Part shown: one piece after another, positions 37,880 through 50,790 of the stretch | Numbering within the stretch: position 1 is the first letter of the stretch | Layout of the letters: each line of letters opens with the position of its first letter | Source: Takakia lepidozioides | Lineage: Eukaryota > Plantae > Bryophyta | Reading direction: 5' to 3' | DNA: 64,000 nucleotides | Assembly (NCBI GenBank): GCA_030704615.1 | Contig: CM060731.1 | Span: 92,070,001 to 92,134,000 of the forward strand | Notes under the pieces: generated by a model | Told to the model about the DNA's origin: nothing | Databases searched by the model: none | What the model saw: only the letters and a program-made list of their open reading frames with translations | Program-made: the position numbers and the translations under genes

Positions 37880-39760
37880 GTGTACCTGATACCACCATGT
37901 TGCTTTGTCTGTCCAGTTGGAAACGATGACGTCGGAGGTGGTCCGTGGGAAAATGCCCCGATCTGATGCATTCCACATTTTCAGCCATTCGCACTTTTCC
38001 TCGGCAAACACTCAGCTTGTCGCCACCATTGTCTAGAGTCATCTCCGCCTTCTCTTTTCCTCGCAGCTTGTTGTAGTGTGAGCTAATCTCAAAAAAAAAC
38101 TCATCTCCAAGCGCCAGGTCGCAAATTGAACTGTACTTTGCTATTTCCAAGTACCATCTCGTGCGGTAGGCTGACAGCCGCTCCTCCAACTCATCTTCCA
38201 TTCTCTTCCAATTTTCTTCAGTGTTTGGCATGTCCTGGAATCCCTGAAGTGTGGCGTTTGTCACCCTCCAAAACCCTTCCTGGGGCATGTATTCGACCGC
38301 CTCTTGTGTCAAGGTCATCCAACTCTCCCGCTTGTTCTCGCACTTTGCATAAAGCGCAGTCGTCGCGCATGCCTGGAAATAATACAGCTTACAGTGGTAC
38401 AAGTCCGTCTTTACATTGCCATCCTCAGTGACCCTGCATTTACAAGAAGACGTCAGCAATCACAGAAAGAATGGCCTTCGAAGTTTGGCGCCGACTTCCC
38501 CCACCCACAGCGACCGTGTGCAGGACTTCCTTGCTAAACCTCATGCTGTGGGGAAGTCGGTGCCAACTTCCCTGCCAAATCACACCAGCACTGAGGAGGA
38601 AACCTTGTGGGGGGGAGTCGGCACAGACTTCCCAGAGTCCATCAATTTCGGAAATCCGCGGCAACTTAGCAAAAACGTAATGCTAAGGGGAAGTCGGCGC
38701 CGACTTCCCCTGCAAATCCCTGCAGAAGTGGGCATGAACCCATGCGGGGGGAAGTTGGTGCCGACTTCTCTTGCAACTCAGGACAGACTACAACTCAAAC
38801 TCCAATGCCGCATTGAGTGCTCACATGAGCACAAAGCACATTGCAATCACAAACAACATGAAGGAATTGTGTGCTCACATGAGCAGAAACCACATCACAA
38901 ATCTGAATGCACAGGAAGGAAGGCAGCTTACACGTTCATCCTATTCATGGCTCTGCGAACGATGGCCAGGTCTTTGGCCTTGACGTCTAGTATCTTGGCG
39001 TTCATGCAGTAGTGCCAGTTTGGGTCTTGTGCATGCTGCTCCGATGACCTCCATCCACGCAAAATGGCGATGGTTGCCGTCGTATATGTGGAGCCACTTC
39101 TTGCTCAGAATGCTCCACTCGGACCCTGCAATCGCCCTCTCTCTCGAAAGTACGATTTGCTTCCTGCCGATGGGAGTCCCAACGCGCTTTCTCCGCATCC
39201 GTAATGGCCTCCACCCGGCCATCAGCATCGTTCACTGACCACAAAAAAGAGGCGAGGGCGTCGTTGTACCCGTCGCCTCAAAGAATAACATGAGCTTCTC
39301 GATTCCTGGCCTCTCTGCCCGGCAGACTGCAGGCATGGGTTTCATCCTGCACAAAGGGACCCGGGGAGGCTGCCTTCGTCACAACAAGTGCGCTATGGAG
39401 CTGTAGGTGTGGTTGAGGGCGCTCTCTCTCAACATGTTGACGGCCCGCTGTCTCCTTTCCGCTGTAAGGATGACGTCAGCGACGACATTCGCGCCCTCCT
39501 CTGCATTCGACGGCCCCCCATGGCTACTCCCAGCTCCGACAGATTGGTGTGTGGAGATGGACATTGGCGACTGAGATGTCACACACAGGTTCTCCGATCT
39601 GCCCCTGGAACCGACCGGAGAGTCCAAAATCGTGCGCTGGGCTCTACCCTTTCGCCTGCCCCTCCCCTCCCCATCCGCAAGGTCACAACTCGGTTGCATA
39701 GCACCTTCTGTGATGGCGCAAACATCACCAAATCGTCGTCATCTTTAGGGCGCTCCATGG
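37880..39760 (-). pseudogene. ParB/Sulfiredoxin-like domain gene, paralog 2
   Basis: VPLCRMKPMPAV (about 39360), SVNDADG...WDSHRQEANRTFE, IYDGNHRHFAWMEVI; intron 38434-38931 at the same position as in paralog 1; next exon TEDGNVKTDLYH...WMTLTQEAVEY; frameshifts. A further exon may lie at 36200-36378. Confidence 0.7.
38479..38770. repeat. Five intronic palindromes GGGAAGTCGGCGCCGACTTCCC (family 3)
   Basis: Copies at about 38479, 38551, 38612, 38688 (perfect 22 bp) and 38749. Confidence 0.85.
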
Positions 39761-40289
39761 GTGCCGCCTTCTCTCGCAATTCGGTACCGACTTGTGCGCA
39801 CAGCAAATGGAATGCGGGAGCGGGACACGAACTGCAATTGGGTGCCGACTTCTTCCCTGACTACGAGGCGCGCGTGATGGAATGGCAGACCAGGCACAGA
39901 CGAGAGAGGGAGCGAGAGCGGTAAGTGCACTTTCACACACACTTGGAGCTGGACAGCGGCCGAGGGCAGCAAAGCCGTGAGCAGAACCTGTGAGCAGATT
40001 CCTGGATTCGTGAGCAGATTCCCCGAAGCGTGAGCAGATTTCGCTTGCGGACCCCAAAACCGTGGGGACAAGTGGGCCTATTTCCGTGGACGCCAACTTC
40101 ACTGCAAAGACGCAGTCTCCGCTCCATCGGACCGAAGACAGACAGGCTCCATGACGACAAAGTGGCACGAATGCACGATGATACATTCACGGATGAATGG
40201 ATTTGGGATGGACGTAAAAGTGTAATGGATGAACGTTGGATGAAGCACGGATGAGAAGTTGTCCAGATGAGGGGACTATGGAGGATTGT

Positions 40290-41230
40290 ATGAGCATGTC
40301 TCCTGTGGGATCAGCAAGCGCATGCACCAAGCATTAAGGTGTCGTCAACAACATCTTAAATCGCATGCTCAACATGAGAAATGAACCCATGAAAATCGTT
40401 GCAAGAAGAAAAATGTGGCCTGGAAAAAACCATAGGGGGAGTTGAAACCCTGCTCAGGGAATGACGAATTAAGATGTCGTCAACGACATCTTAATCCCCT
40501 GCCCTATATATATGTAAGCCCAAAAATGGAGAAAGACTTGGGTTTACTTGAACAAAGTGGATCCATGAATGTCTCGTGAGGGATCAGCAAGCGCATGCAC
40601 CAAGCATTAAGGTGTCGTCAACGACATCTTAAATCGCATGCTCAGCATGAGAAATGAACCCATGAAAAAGAAAATAAATCTGGCCTGGAAAAAACCATAG
40701 GGGGGAGTTGTAACCCTCCTCAGGGAATGACGAATTAAGATGTCGTCAATGACATCTTAATCCTCTGCCCTCTTTGAAAATGGGAATTTCATCAAACAAG
40801 ATAAAATCAGGATATATATATATATATATATAAGCCCCAAAATGGAGAAAGGGCTGGGTTTACTTGAACAAAGTGGATCCATGAAGACTGACTGCATTAG
40901 TGGATCTATTAAAACATTGGTGAACTCGCGATAGTGGAGCATATAAAATTAGATTGGCTGGAGAGAACCATTGGGGGGAGCTGTAATCCTGCTCAGGGAA
41001 GCACGAATTAAGATGTCGTCAACGACATCTTAATCCCATGCCTTGTTTAGACATGGGAATTTCACCAAATACGATAAGAGACCAAAAAAAAATAAAAAAA
41101 TAAAACCTAAAAGCCCAAAAATGGGGAAAGGTTTGGGTTTACTTGATCAAAGTGGATCCATGAAGAGTGACTGGTCTCAATTCCAACAGTGGACAAATTA
41201 AGAAACATTGGTGAACTCGCGATAGTGGAG
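40290..41230. repeat. Tandem repeat of about 270 bp with ATTAAG(A/G)TGTCGT-CA-ACGACATCTTAA(T) palindromes
   Basis: Palindromes at 40333, 40468, 40606, 40734, 41007. Confidence 0.9.
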
Positions 41231-41291
41231 CATATCAAAGTAATTCAGCAAAGTGGAGTCATTGACACATACAGAACTCCCACAAAACACG

Positions 41292-44200
41292 TCAGATGTC
41301 AACTACCCTATCTCTCTGTAGAAGTGTTTGAACGTCACTGGGACCCATCGTGCATTGGTGAATGCACGTGTCTCGTTGAGGATCACAAAACATCCTGTGA
41401 ATGTAGATGTAGTTTAGATGTTTGCATAGGACAATTTTACCTCTCTTTCCAATGGAGTTGTTTATCGTGTTGTCGAAGTCCGGGCATGTGCAATTAGGAA
41501 AATTCCCAATAGTAATGGCATAAGTCCTATCATGAAGAACCGATCCCGAAGTCACCATATTGTACACCCGCCCATAGCCTGGAGGGGGGACATTAACAAT
41601 TTGGGTAACCCGACACTGCAGGGTTCTCGCAGACTCAATTTTGCACTGGTTATCTACACCTGCCTCAACACGACGAAACGGTTTTCCATTCCTTTTCATT
41701 GGCCAGTCGTTCCCATGTGGTGGACGTGTACGGAATGCAGATGGCGTACCACGACATGATGTTGGTGTTAGGACTGTTGGGCCTCTTGGAAGTCGAAACC
41801 CAACATCCTTCAACATGTCTATCTCTTGTTTGGAGAGAGATGTTCTGACCTTGACTGGCCAGCCGACAGGGATGGTAGGCTTGCTGATGACTGAATCCCG
41901 AGAAGTCCCCATCACACAATGCTGAATGTCATCGGGGCAGCACCAGAACTTGTGAGGTCTAGACTCCCGCGCTGAGTAATATTTGAACAAACCTGTGAAT
42001 GTCAGTACTGGAGTCCTGCCAGCGCCTTTGCAAATTTTAGTTGTGCACTTCACAAAAGACAGTGCCCTGATAGCAGAACAACCAACTTTTGATCCTTTCG
42101 GAGTCCGTTGTATGTGCCACATTGCATCACCACAATCAGTCTCCTCAACCGGCAGCAGCGTCCGTCCTTCTCCCCGTGCTGGAGCTGTCGCATATGTTGC
42201 ATCAAAATCTGCAGAAGAACCCGCATCCACAGATGGAGAAGTACATCCGAAATTGGGTGGCACAGGCACACGAGGTATGGAGAAATTGTCTCTATCATGC
42301 CGATGGGAGTCACCAGCCGATCCTGGAGGGGTGTCGAGTTTGCGCTTGCATGATCCGAATCTCTCCTCACCTTCCAGATGTGGGAGCCTGGACTGCAAAG
42401 ATGTTCCAATCGTGTACTCGTTAACAGCCCGCGCCATTTTTGCAGGATGCTTGCATCTGTTAGCAGCCCTGAGCAGCAACTCTACCCTGTCCGGCCCCTT
42501 ACCAGCACCCCGTCCCCTGAGAAAGTCTCGGTACTTTGTTTGTTGCGAAAGAGCGCAGATAAGGTCATCTGCAGTTGCAACGTAAAGGTTCCGGCCGTTC
42601 TTACCGGATTGCGCCATCCACATACTATGAACAGTCTCCGCGAGATTGCAGGATGGCATATCCGCAATGTCTTCCAGTGACATATTTTGCAGGTAAATGC
42701 CACATACATGCCACTGTTATGTGGAGCAGCATTCAACTGGACTGGACTGGACAACAAGGCCGTTGGTGCACACCCCCATATATATAAGAAGAATTGAAAA
42801 TCATGGTAGTATGAGTCTAACTTACAGCGGTCATGAAGGCACCCCACTGTCTGTATCTGAAGTGCCAAAAGCCCAACCAGTCTTCTAGCTCTTTGATCCC
42901 CTCCAGACTCGCCGCCTCAGAGGAGTACCACAATGCTCTGATAGTCTAAAACATGGCATTTGCTTCTATTTCTGTGGTGGCATCTTTGTATAGACGGCAT
43001 AGTCGCAGGTGCTCCTCTTGCAACTCCAATTTTATGGAATTTTTTGTGTGCCGACGAAGGGACTGGGTCCAATGAAAGAGGCAAGTGCGTTCACCAGAGC
43101 CAAACACAGTCCACACAGCATTCCAATTAGCTTGTGCGCTGTCTGCCATGAACCCTGTGAAATTTGCATCTGGCAAACCATGAACTCTCATGACGTTAAC
43201 TAGAGCCTTCCACATAAGAATTTGGGACTCTGTGTCCTCCGACTGCATGTCACAAACAACAATAGTCATAACTCGCTGGTACGTAGGATCATACACATGA
43301 CAGGCCATGGTCATCCAATCCTTCACTCGCTTCACGTGATCAAACATTACCCAGGACTTATGAAGATCACCCCCAGCCTGCATTCTACGCACCAGGCTAA
43401 CTCGAGAACCCTCCGCAACAGTGGACATCTTGAACAAGTATACTTTTTGGGACCCCTGTCCTGGGAAAACACTGTCCTGGATGAAGTCGTATCGACTTCT
43501 ACGCTTCAATTCTAGGATGCTATCTACGTATCCTTTGTTGCCTGCCCCAGTCCTAAGGACGTTGATTTGATAATGAGCATTTGGAGAAGCCAATGTTGAG
43601 AAATGGTCCATCACAAAGTCAAGCGATGCACTATCAAACTTAGTTGTTGTCTCGTCTGACTCCCCCAGCAGATGTTTGTGCAGGAAGCCTTTGCTTGCTG
43701 CCATAGCAATGGCTGATGGTGATGCAGTGGGAGCATTTTGAAATTCTTGCTGAAGCAGCGAACGCACTGTCTCAACACTCTCCCTGCAATCTCCTCGCGA
43801 CACTGGATGGGCATGGGTGCCAAAATGGATACAAGCCCGTGTGAGGTGGTTGATACGGTGCAGCACATAGTACATCCGTGCATTGCATTCCGCCATGCAT
43901 TGTGGCACGACTTTGCAAAACTTGCAAACGACGGAACTGCTCTTTGGAGGAGCACACCCTACTTGAAATGGGTTGTCGCAGACTCCCTCCCACTCCCTCT
44001 CATTTGCCACACCGGCCATCTGGAAATGCTGGCAATCCGAATTTGCACAACGCAAGTGCCCAGCGCAAATGGATCTCCGAAACTTCAGGCCATGCGGATT
44101 ACAGATATTGGAAGTTTTAGTCCGACACCATGGGTGTCCATCGTGTTTCTTGTCCATGCCCGCCATGAGTCCAGCCAAACCTCCACATGACGTTGGAGGT

Positions 44201-44826
44201 GGCAGTTCAAAAATGATGTCTCCATCAAAGTAAGGGGGTAGAAATTTCGCTCTTTGGATCCGTTGTGTTTCCCAAACAATGCCTCTCACATCGCTCTTGC
44301 ATCCTGGCAATCCTCTCAACGACTGCAAATTGGGAATGACACTAATGATCTCCTGGACATCGGGGTCTACCAGTATAGGAGGGTTCGTAGGAAGAGGGAC
44401 CTCCGTGACATCATCTTCCGAACTGTCCGAGAGCTCGACAAATGTCATGGAGGTAGTTTCTTCTGTCTTGATGGGGACCGACTTTGGCGCATGCGCCACC
44501 GAAGCTGCTGTTCCGGGCGTGAGTATAGTGTCCAATGAAAGGCGTCTCTGATCTCCATGAACGCGGTACTTGGCGGGTGGAACTCTCCACTCTCTTCAAC
44601 CATCCCGTTTATGCGGCTTCTGAACCTGCGTTCCCTCGACCTTCCCACTACTGTCGTACACCTCTCTGACCACATGGACGGTCCCTGGCTCAAAGCGGAA
44701 TGTTATGCAAATCAAATCCTCCTCAACAACGGCCAGGCCATTGTCGTCGGCCACGGCGCTCAGATACTCGGCTTGCAGAGGGGAGTACAGTGTTACCACG
44801 TCTGAGGTGGGAGACATGGTACGCAT
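41292..44826 (-). pseudogene. Mutator-like (MULE) DDE transposase with GCM/WRKY-like zinc domain and C-terminal SWIM finger
   Basis: WCRTKTSN...C.GHLRC.N..C...CKFC.....C..C.AR...HFGTHAHP; catalytic-type FDHVKR, FMADSAQANWNA, CLFH, NLAETVH; SWIM CTCPDF...CKH. In-frame TAG at 42946, intron about 42687-42825 with damaged acceptor, 5' frameshift. Confidence 0.85.
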
Positions 44827-46492
44827 AGACTGGGATGAAGCACACTGGACAATGTGGGGGACTCCTATTCTGTGTTCATACTGTTTATCTTCGCATAGTG
44901 TACTTTCTCTTTTCCATCATTCTCATGATAATCTTGTAGCGTTTCGCCGCCCTAAAAACAGCTCAGCAGTATTAAGAATTACGAGGGTGCGTTCAATTTT
45001 CTGACAATGACATATTTCCCAAACCCGCAGCCCATTCCACAACGACCTCTATGTTGGTGGAACACCAACTGACACCCACGGGTACATGGTGTCCATGCAG
45101 AGGTTCCACTAAAAGGGCCCAGACCGGCAATGATGGTCCATGCCAGTTGGCCATTCCAAAGTTGCACAGCAGACAACCCCCCCAGCCGCAATTTGAACAA
45201 GTCAATTAAGAGCCGTCTCTGTTTTTTGGGATAATCTTAAACGGATGATTTCGGAGATGAAACCCCAACCACCATCCATCCATCCATCCGTTTCGTGGAC
45301 CCTAATGGAGTGTTGGATGAGTGTCCCGTTAGTGTCATTTCGAACTATTCACACTGGAGCCTCCCAAGAACGTCATTGTTAGTGCAAAGAAGAGGACGCG
45401 TAGGAAGTCTCTTTACTACACGTCGGCAAGGCAGAGGTTGAAAGCCAGAGAGAGAATGAGGAAGACTCGGAGGGCGCTTGATCTTTCCGAGGGGGAGAGT
45501 GACCGTGAAGGGGAGGAATCTGCTGGTGAATGGTTACAGAATAGGGGAGTTGCAGAGCCGTCTGTGGAAAAACAGTTGGAGGAGCTTTTGGAACTTCCCC
45601 TTTTGCGTGAGGCTGGGATGGAAAGAATGCCACCTATAAGAGAGGAGGAAGGCGTGCCAGGCAGTGATGTTACTCCTGTGCAGGAGGTCGTAACGAAGCA
45701 GGTGGCCGTGAATACCCGGGAGCGCCAATCCAACACATCGTTGTCTTTGCGGGCGTTGAAGGACAAGGCACAAGTGGGAGGCAGCATGCGAGCAGTGGAT
45801 TTGGAGACGGACAGCGCTGAACAGAGTCTCCTTCAGGTAGCACCACCATTGCCATGCATAGTTCAGTTTGTTTTTGCATTGTTAGAGATGAAAATTGGTG
45901 GAGCCATCGAAGTATGCCCTGCATTTTAAGATGTCGTTGACGATAGCTTAATCTGCAATCGCATCCTCCCCGCCTTACCCTCCTCTCTGTTTCCCTCATG
46001 TTCCAATGCAGTGCCAAATTAAGGTGTCGTCAACACAAGCTTAAAATGGGCCTGATTTGTCTTTCAAACAATGTGTGATGTTTTTAAGAGGAAACGGAAG
46101 AAAGCCTAGGAGAGTCTCCGAGAGATACCAGCCGAGAAGAACGCACCAGAACAGAACCCTGAAGTGGACGTCAACGTGGTGACTGAGGAGGAGGTGCCCA
46201 GGGTTCACTCTCCGCAGCGGGCTAGGGCAACAGTGGAGCAGCTAGTGGACACACAGCCACGAGTGAAGGGGAAGACACAAGTGCAAGGAACAATGTGACC
46301 TGCGGAGAAGGGGTCTTCCAACGGCCGTCCAAAGCCTGCGAAGGTTTGTTCTAGCTTGCCCATTCTCATTTATGAGGGTTGTTGTGAAGCAGAAAAGAGG
46401 TGCTAAAGTTCGAAGTCTGCCATGGCTTTTTGAAGCAAAGAAGACAAGGCTGGTGGGTTATTCAGAGAGTTTGATACGGACAAAAGAAGGCT

Positions 46493-48620
46493 GATTAAGG
46501 CATCGTTGACGATACCTTAATCTGGTCGGCCATTCAGATATTGAGGGTTTTCTTTCAAACATAGAGGATCACGATTAAAGCACAAGTTTCCGCTGTATGA
46601 CTGGACTTTGAAGCAGCATGAAGAATGCAGGGTTTAGGGTTTAGGGCTCTGCTATTCCTAGGGTTTCTTCAAAACAGAGACGAACAGGCTTACTGGTCGG
46701 CAAAGTGAGGGGGTTTCTGAAGCAGAATGAATCAGGCAGATTAAGGCATCGTTGACGACACCTTAATATAGTCTGTCATTCCTGGGTTGAGTGTTTGAGT
46801 GACGGGTAGTCTGCACAGTGAGGGGATATCTGAAACAGAAACGAGGAGGGGAATTAAGGCATCGTTGACGATACCTTAATCTGGGAGTTAGCATCCGTTT
46901 TCCGAATACTTTGATGCAGAGAGGAACACATTCACTGGCTGTTTTTTTCTCCGAAACATGGAGGACGATTAAGGCATCGTTGACGATGCCTTAATCTGGC
47001 CTGTAAAATGTATGTAGAGGCATAGTTTGAGGCAGAGATGAATTGGTTTAGGGGTGGATAGTCTGACTAGTGAGGGGACGTTCGAAACCATAAATATGAG
47101 TGGTATTAAGGCATCGTTGATGATACCTTAATCTGGAGTGAAACCTAGTTTTCAGTGGACTTTCAAGCAGAGATTAACAGTATCCAGGGTGGAGAGTATC
47201 AAAACTCAGTGGCTGATTTAAACAAAAACAAGGAGGCAGATTAAGGCATCGTTGACGACACCTTAATCTGGTCTGTCAAAAACACTTTCCAGGGATACCT
47301 TGAAGCAGATATGAACTGGATTAGTTGTGGGTTGTCTGCACCTTGACGGATGTCTTGGACATAAATGAAGATGCGAATTAAGGCATCGTTGACGATACCT
47401 TAATCTGGAGTGGAAATGTAGTTTCCGGGGATACTATGAAACAGAGAGGAACACGATCAGGGGTGGAGAATATGATCATAGAAGGGCTGTTTAAAATACA
47501 GACATGGAGGCAGATTAAGGCATCGTTGACGACACCTTAATCAGACCTGTCAAAAACACTTTCATGGCATACTTTGAAGCAGATATGAACAGGATTAGTG
47601 GTGGGTAGTCTGCACTTTGAGGGATGTCTAGGACATAAACGAAGGAGGCAGATTAAGGCATCGTTGACGATACCTTAATCTGGAGTGTAAAAGCAGTTTC
47701 TAGGGATACTATGAAACAGAGAGGAACACGATCAGGGGTGAAAAACCAACTCATAGAAGGGCTGTTTAAAGCAAAAATAAGGAGGCACATTAAGGTATCG
47801 TTGACGACACCTTAATCAGGCCTGTCAAAAACACTTTCATGGCATACTTTGAAGCAGATATAAACAGGATTAGTGGTGGGTAGTCTGCACTTTGAGGGAT
47901 GTCTAGGACATAAAAGAAGGAGGAAGATTAAGGCATCGTTGACGATACCTTAATCTGGAGTGTAAAAGCAGTTCATGGGGATACAATGAAACAGAGAGGA
48001 ACACGATCAGGGGTGGGGAATATTCACATAGAAGGGTTGTTTTAAGCAGAAATAAGGAGGCAGATTAAGGCATCGTTGACGACACCTTAATTTGGCCTAT
48101 CAAAAACACTTTCCAGGCATACTTTGATGCAGATATAAACAGGATTAGTGGTGGGTAGTCTGCACTTTAAGGGATGTCTAGTACATAAAAGAAGGAGACA
48201 GATTAAGGCATCGTTGACGATACCTTAATCTGGAGTGTAAAAACAGTTCATAGGGATACTATGAAAAAGAGAGGAATACGATCAGGGGTGGGAAATCTGC
48301 TCATAGAAGGGCTGTTTCAAACAGAAATAAGGAGGCAGATTAAGGCATCGTTGATGACACCTTAATCTGCCCTGTAAAAACACTTTTCAGGCATACTTTA
48401 AAGCAGATATAAACCGGATTGGTGGTGGGTAGGGGGGCTGTTTTAAATACAAGCATGGAGGCAGATTAAGGCATCGTTGACGATACCTTAATCTGGAGTG
48501 TACAAAGTGGACTTCGATGCATAGAGGAAGAGGATCGGGTGTCGAGAGTAGTCATATTGAATGAGTGTTTAAATCTGCAATAAGGAGGCAGATTAAGGCA
48601 TCGTTGACGACACCTTATTC
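46493..48620. repeat. Array of 16 x 30-bp palindromes GATTAAGGCATCGT-TG-ACGA(T/C)ACCTTAATC, spacing mostly 135-138 bp
   Basis: Starts at 46493, 46739, 46852, 46967, 47104, 47239, 47376, 47513, 47651, 47788, 47926, 48063, 48201, 48338, 48464, 48591; two alternating spacer families. Confidence 0.95.
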
Positions 48621-50414
48621 TGTTCTGTCAAGTAGACATTGATGTTGTGGGAAAACACAAATGAATGCAGAAAAAAAGGAAGAATGCGGGGGAAAGCCAG
48701 CCTGCACAGGAGACATCTGCTCCTGATACTCAAGATGAAGACCCATCTGACAATTACGAAGATAAAGTGCATTAAGTGATGTACACCTCCAAGGTAAACT
48801 CCAGGAAGGTCATAAATTCCATGGAAGTTCGGGACGACACTCTTATGATTCCCCTATGCAGGATGATTTCCATGCCTGCCGTTCGTCCAGCCCTGCATCA
48901 TGATATCAAGAAGCTTCAGGGTGATTTCATCCACGGGTACTTGAAGGGCTCCGCAGTTTTTTACGTTTCAGTGACAGATATCCAGGGATCGGAGAAAATG
49001 GTTGACGAAGAGATTATGGCCGGTTGGGATCCGCTTTGGAATGAGGTGAACGCGGAGTTTGAGGCAGAGCTTTCCTATAACCCATCTCACAGGCAGTACA
49101 TGGGGAAGATGTTCTTCGTATGGGATGGTAATCACCGTTTGGTTGCTTGGATGGAATATATCATGCTGACAACAAAGACTGGCATCACCGAGTAGTGTCA
49201 ATGGTTTTGGATCCACAAGGCAGAATAACACAGCTTCTGACTGCCATGCACGATGTCAACAAGTAAGTCTTGTTTCGTTTCCTTTTATGAACTACATGAA
49301 GTCCCTCGCTTCAAGATTATTGTACTCATTTGCTTTCAATGCAGGGGCACGGAGACATCACACGTCACCACAAACATAGTGCATACACTGTTTCGGATGC
49401 AAAGTATAGGAGTCATGCCGTTGGAAACATTCGTCAGCGTCTTGTCTGCGGAGACACTGAAGAAATGCCAAACAATCAAGAAGTCTGAAACTTAGTACAA
49501 TCTGACGAGGGAAGCTTTCCTCGAGTACTTATACGTGGTAAGACTAGTTCCTTTTCAATCTTGAGTTTTCTTTCATTTTTGGATTGAAGATGTAATAATA
49601 GGCCAACGTTCTTGTGTCATAGCAAGAAATTGCGGATGCTGGAGAGCGAGCGAAGCTGGAGTATTATGCCACTACTCCGGAGGAAGAGAGAATAGCGAAC
49701 GGGGTGGAAACCAAAATGAAAGATGAGATGGATACGGCGAGGAAAAACCTCAAAAGTGCGTTTGACAAGCACATACGAATTGCTGACCCTGGGCTGGGAA
49801 AGGGGTTTCTGGAGCAGATTCGGATACACTGGAACAAGCCCACCAAGCCTGAGATGACACAGGAAAAGATCCATCGTCTGTCGATTTCCATGGTTGAGCC
49901 GGCTCAAAAAGTGAGGTGGCTCGAAATCTGGAACTCGGATCCAATCGTCCGGGACACCAACAATTTCCCAAAACCGCATAGGGACCCTGAGGCAGAAGTG
50001 GTGACACCTGTGAGCGACCGTGCATTTGAGACATGGTTGCATAAAGCTACCTTCTGGAGCCAGGTAAGAATTTTCAAACGTTCCACATTGTTCGCAATGA
50101 CTTCACTGGTTTTTGGGTTTAACCACTGAGGGTACATCGTTGTTTTTGCAGCTGGAGAAGCGGGCCATTGAAACATTGGAGAAGTCACTACTAGACTACA
50201 AAATCACCATGACATCTCCCAGCATCAAGTTTGAGTCCTACGTTCGTAAATGGAGAAGGGAGCTCTGGAAGTATGCATTTTTCCGGGAGTTCGAGAAGGA
50301 GGGAGGGATTCTTCGATCTAAAGATTTCGATCATCAGTACAATGGCGAGGAGGCAATGAAACGTTTGTTGTATAGGTGTGTGCACTAACTCAATTCTTTT
50401 TCTGTGAGGGGGAA

Positions 50415-50790
50415 ATTAAGGTGTCGTCAACGACACCTTAATTTGCGCAATATTGTTAGGCCCATTCCTGCTTATACCGGACCTTCTAGGACTTTCATCC
50501 TGTAAGGGGGTTCGGTTTAAGGTGGCCTCAATGTCTCCACCTTTGTCCCTATTTTCAATTGTAAAGCAGTCTTGTGGTGTTCTGTATTGTGTCATTGTCT
50601 TTTTTGATTGCTATTTGAGAATGGGAATTAAGGTGTCGTTGACGATACCTTAAATCCATGCTCTCTTGGGATGAGTGAGCATATGAAGGGGGATCTTACA
50701 TGGTCTGATTTGTGGGAAAATTGCCAACATCAGTTGTGGAGTCCTGTCTCTTAGTGCCTGGATTAAGATGTCGTTGACGACACCTTAATC
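50415..50790. repeat. Three further family-1 palindromes in intron 50376-50884
   Basis: ATTAAGGTGTCGTCAACGACACCTTAAT at 50415; variants at 50627 and 50762; two more at 45925 and 46018 in intron 1. Confidence 0.9.

Noticed and set aside
46493-48620. CRISPR array
   Set aside because: Spacers are about 107 bp and recur as two families; no cas genes; eukaryotic intron context
48776-49195. Bacterial parB contamination
   Set aside because: Gene has spliceosomal introns shared with a paralog; no parA or bacterial gene organisation; palindromes do not match the parS consensus
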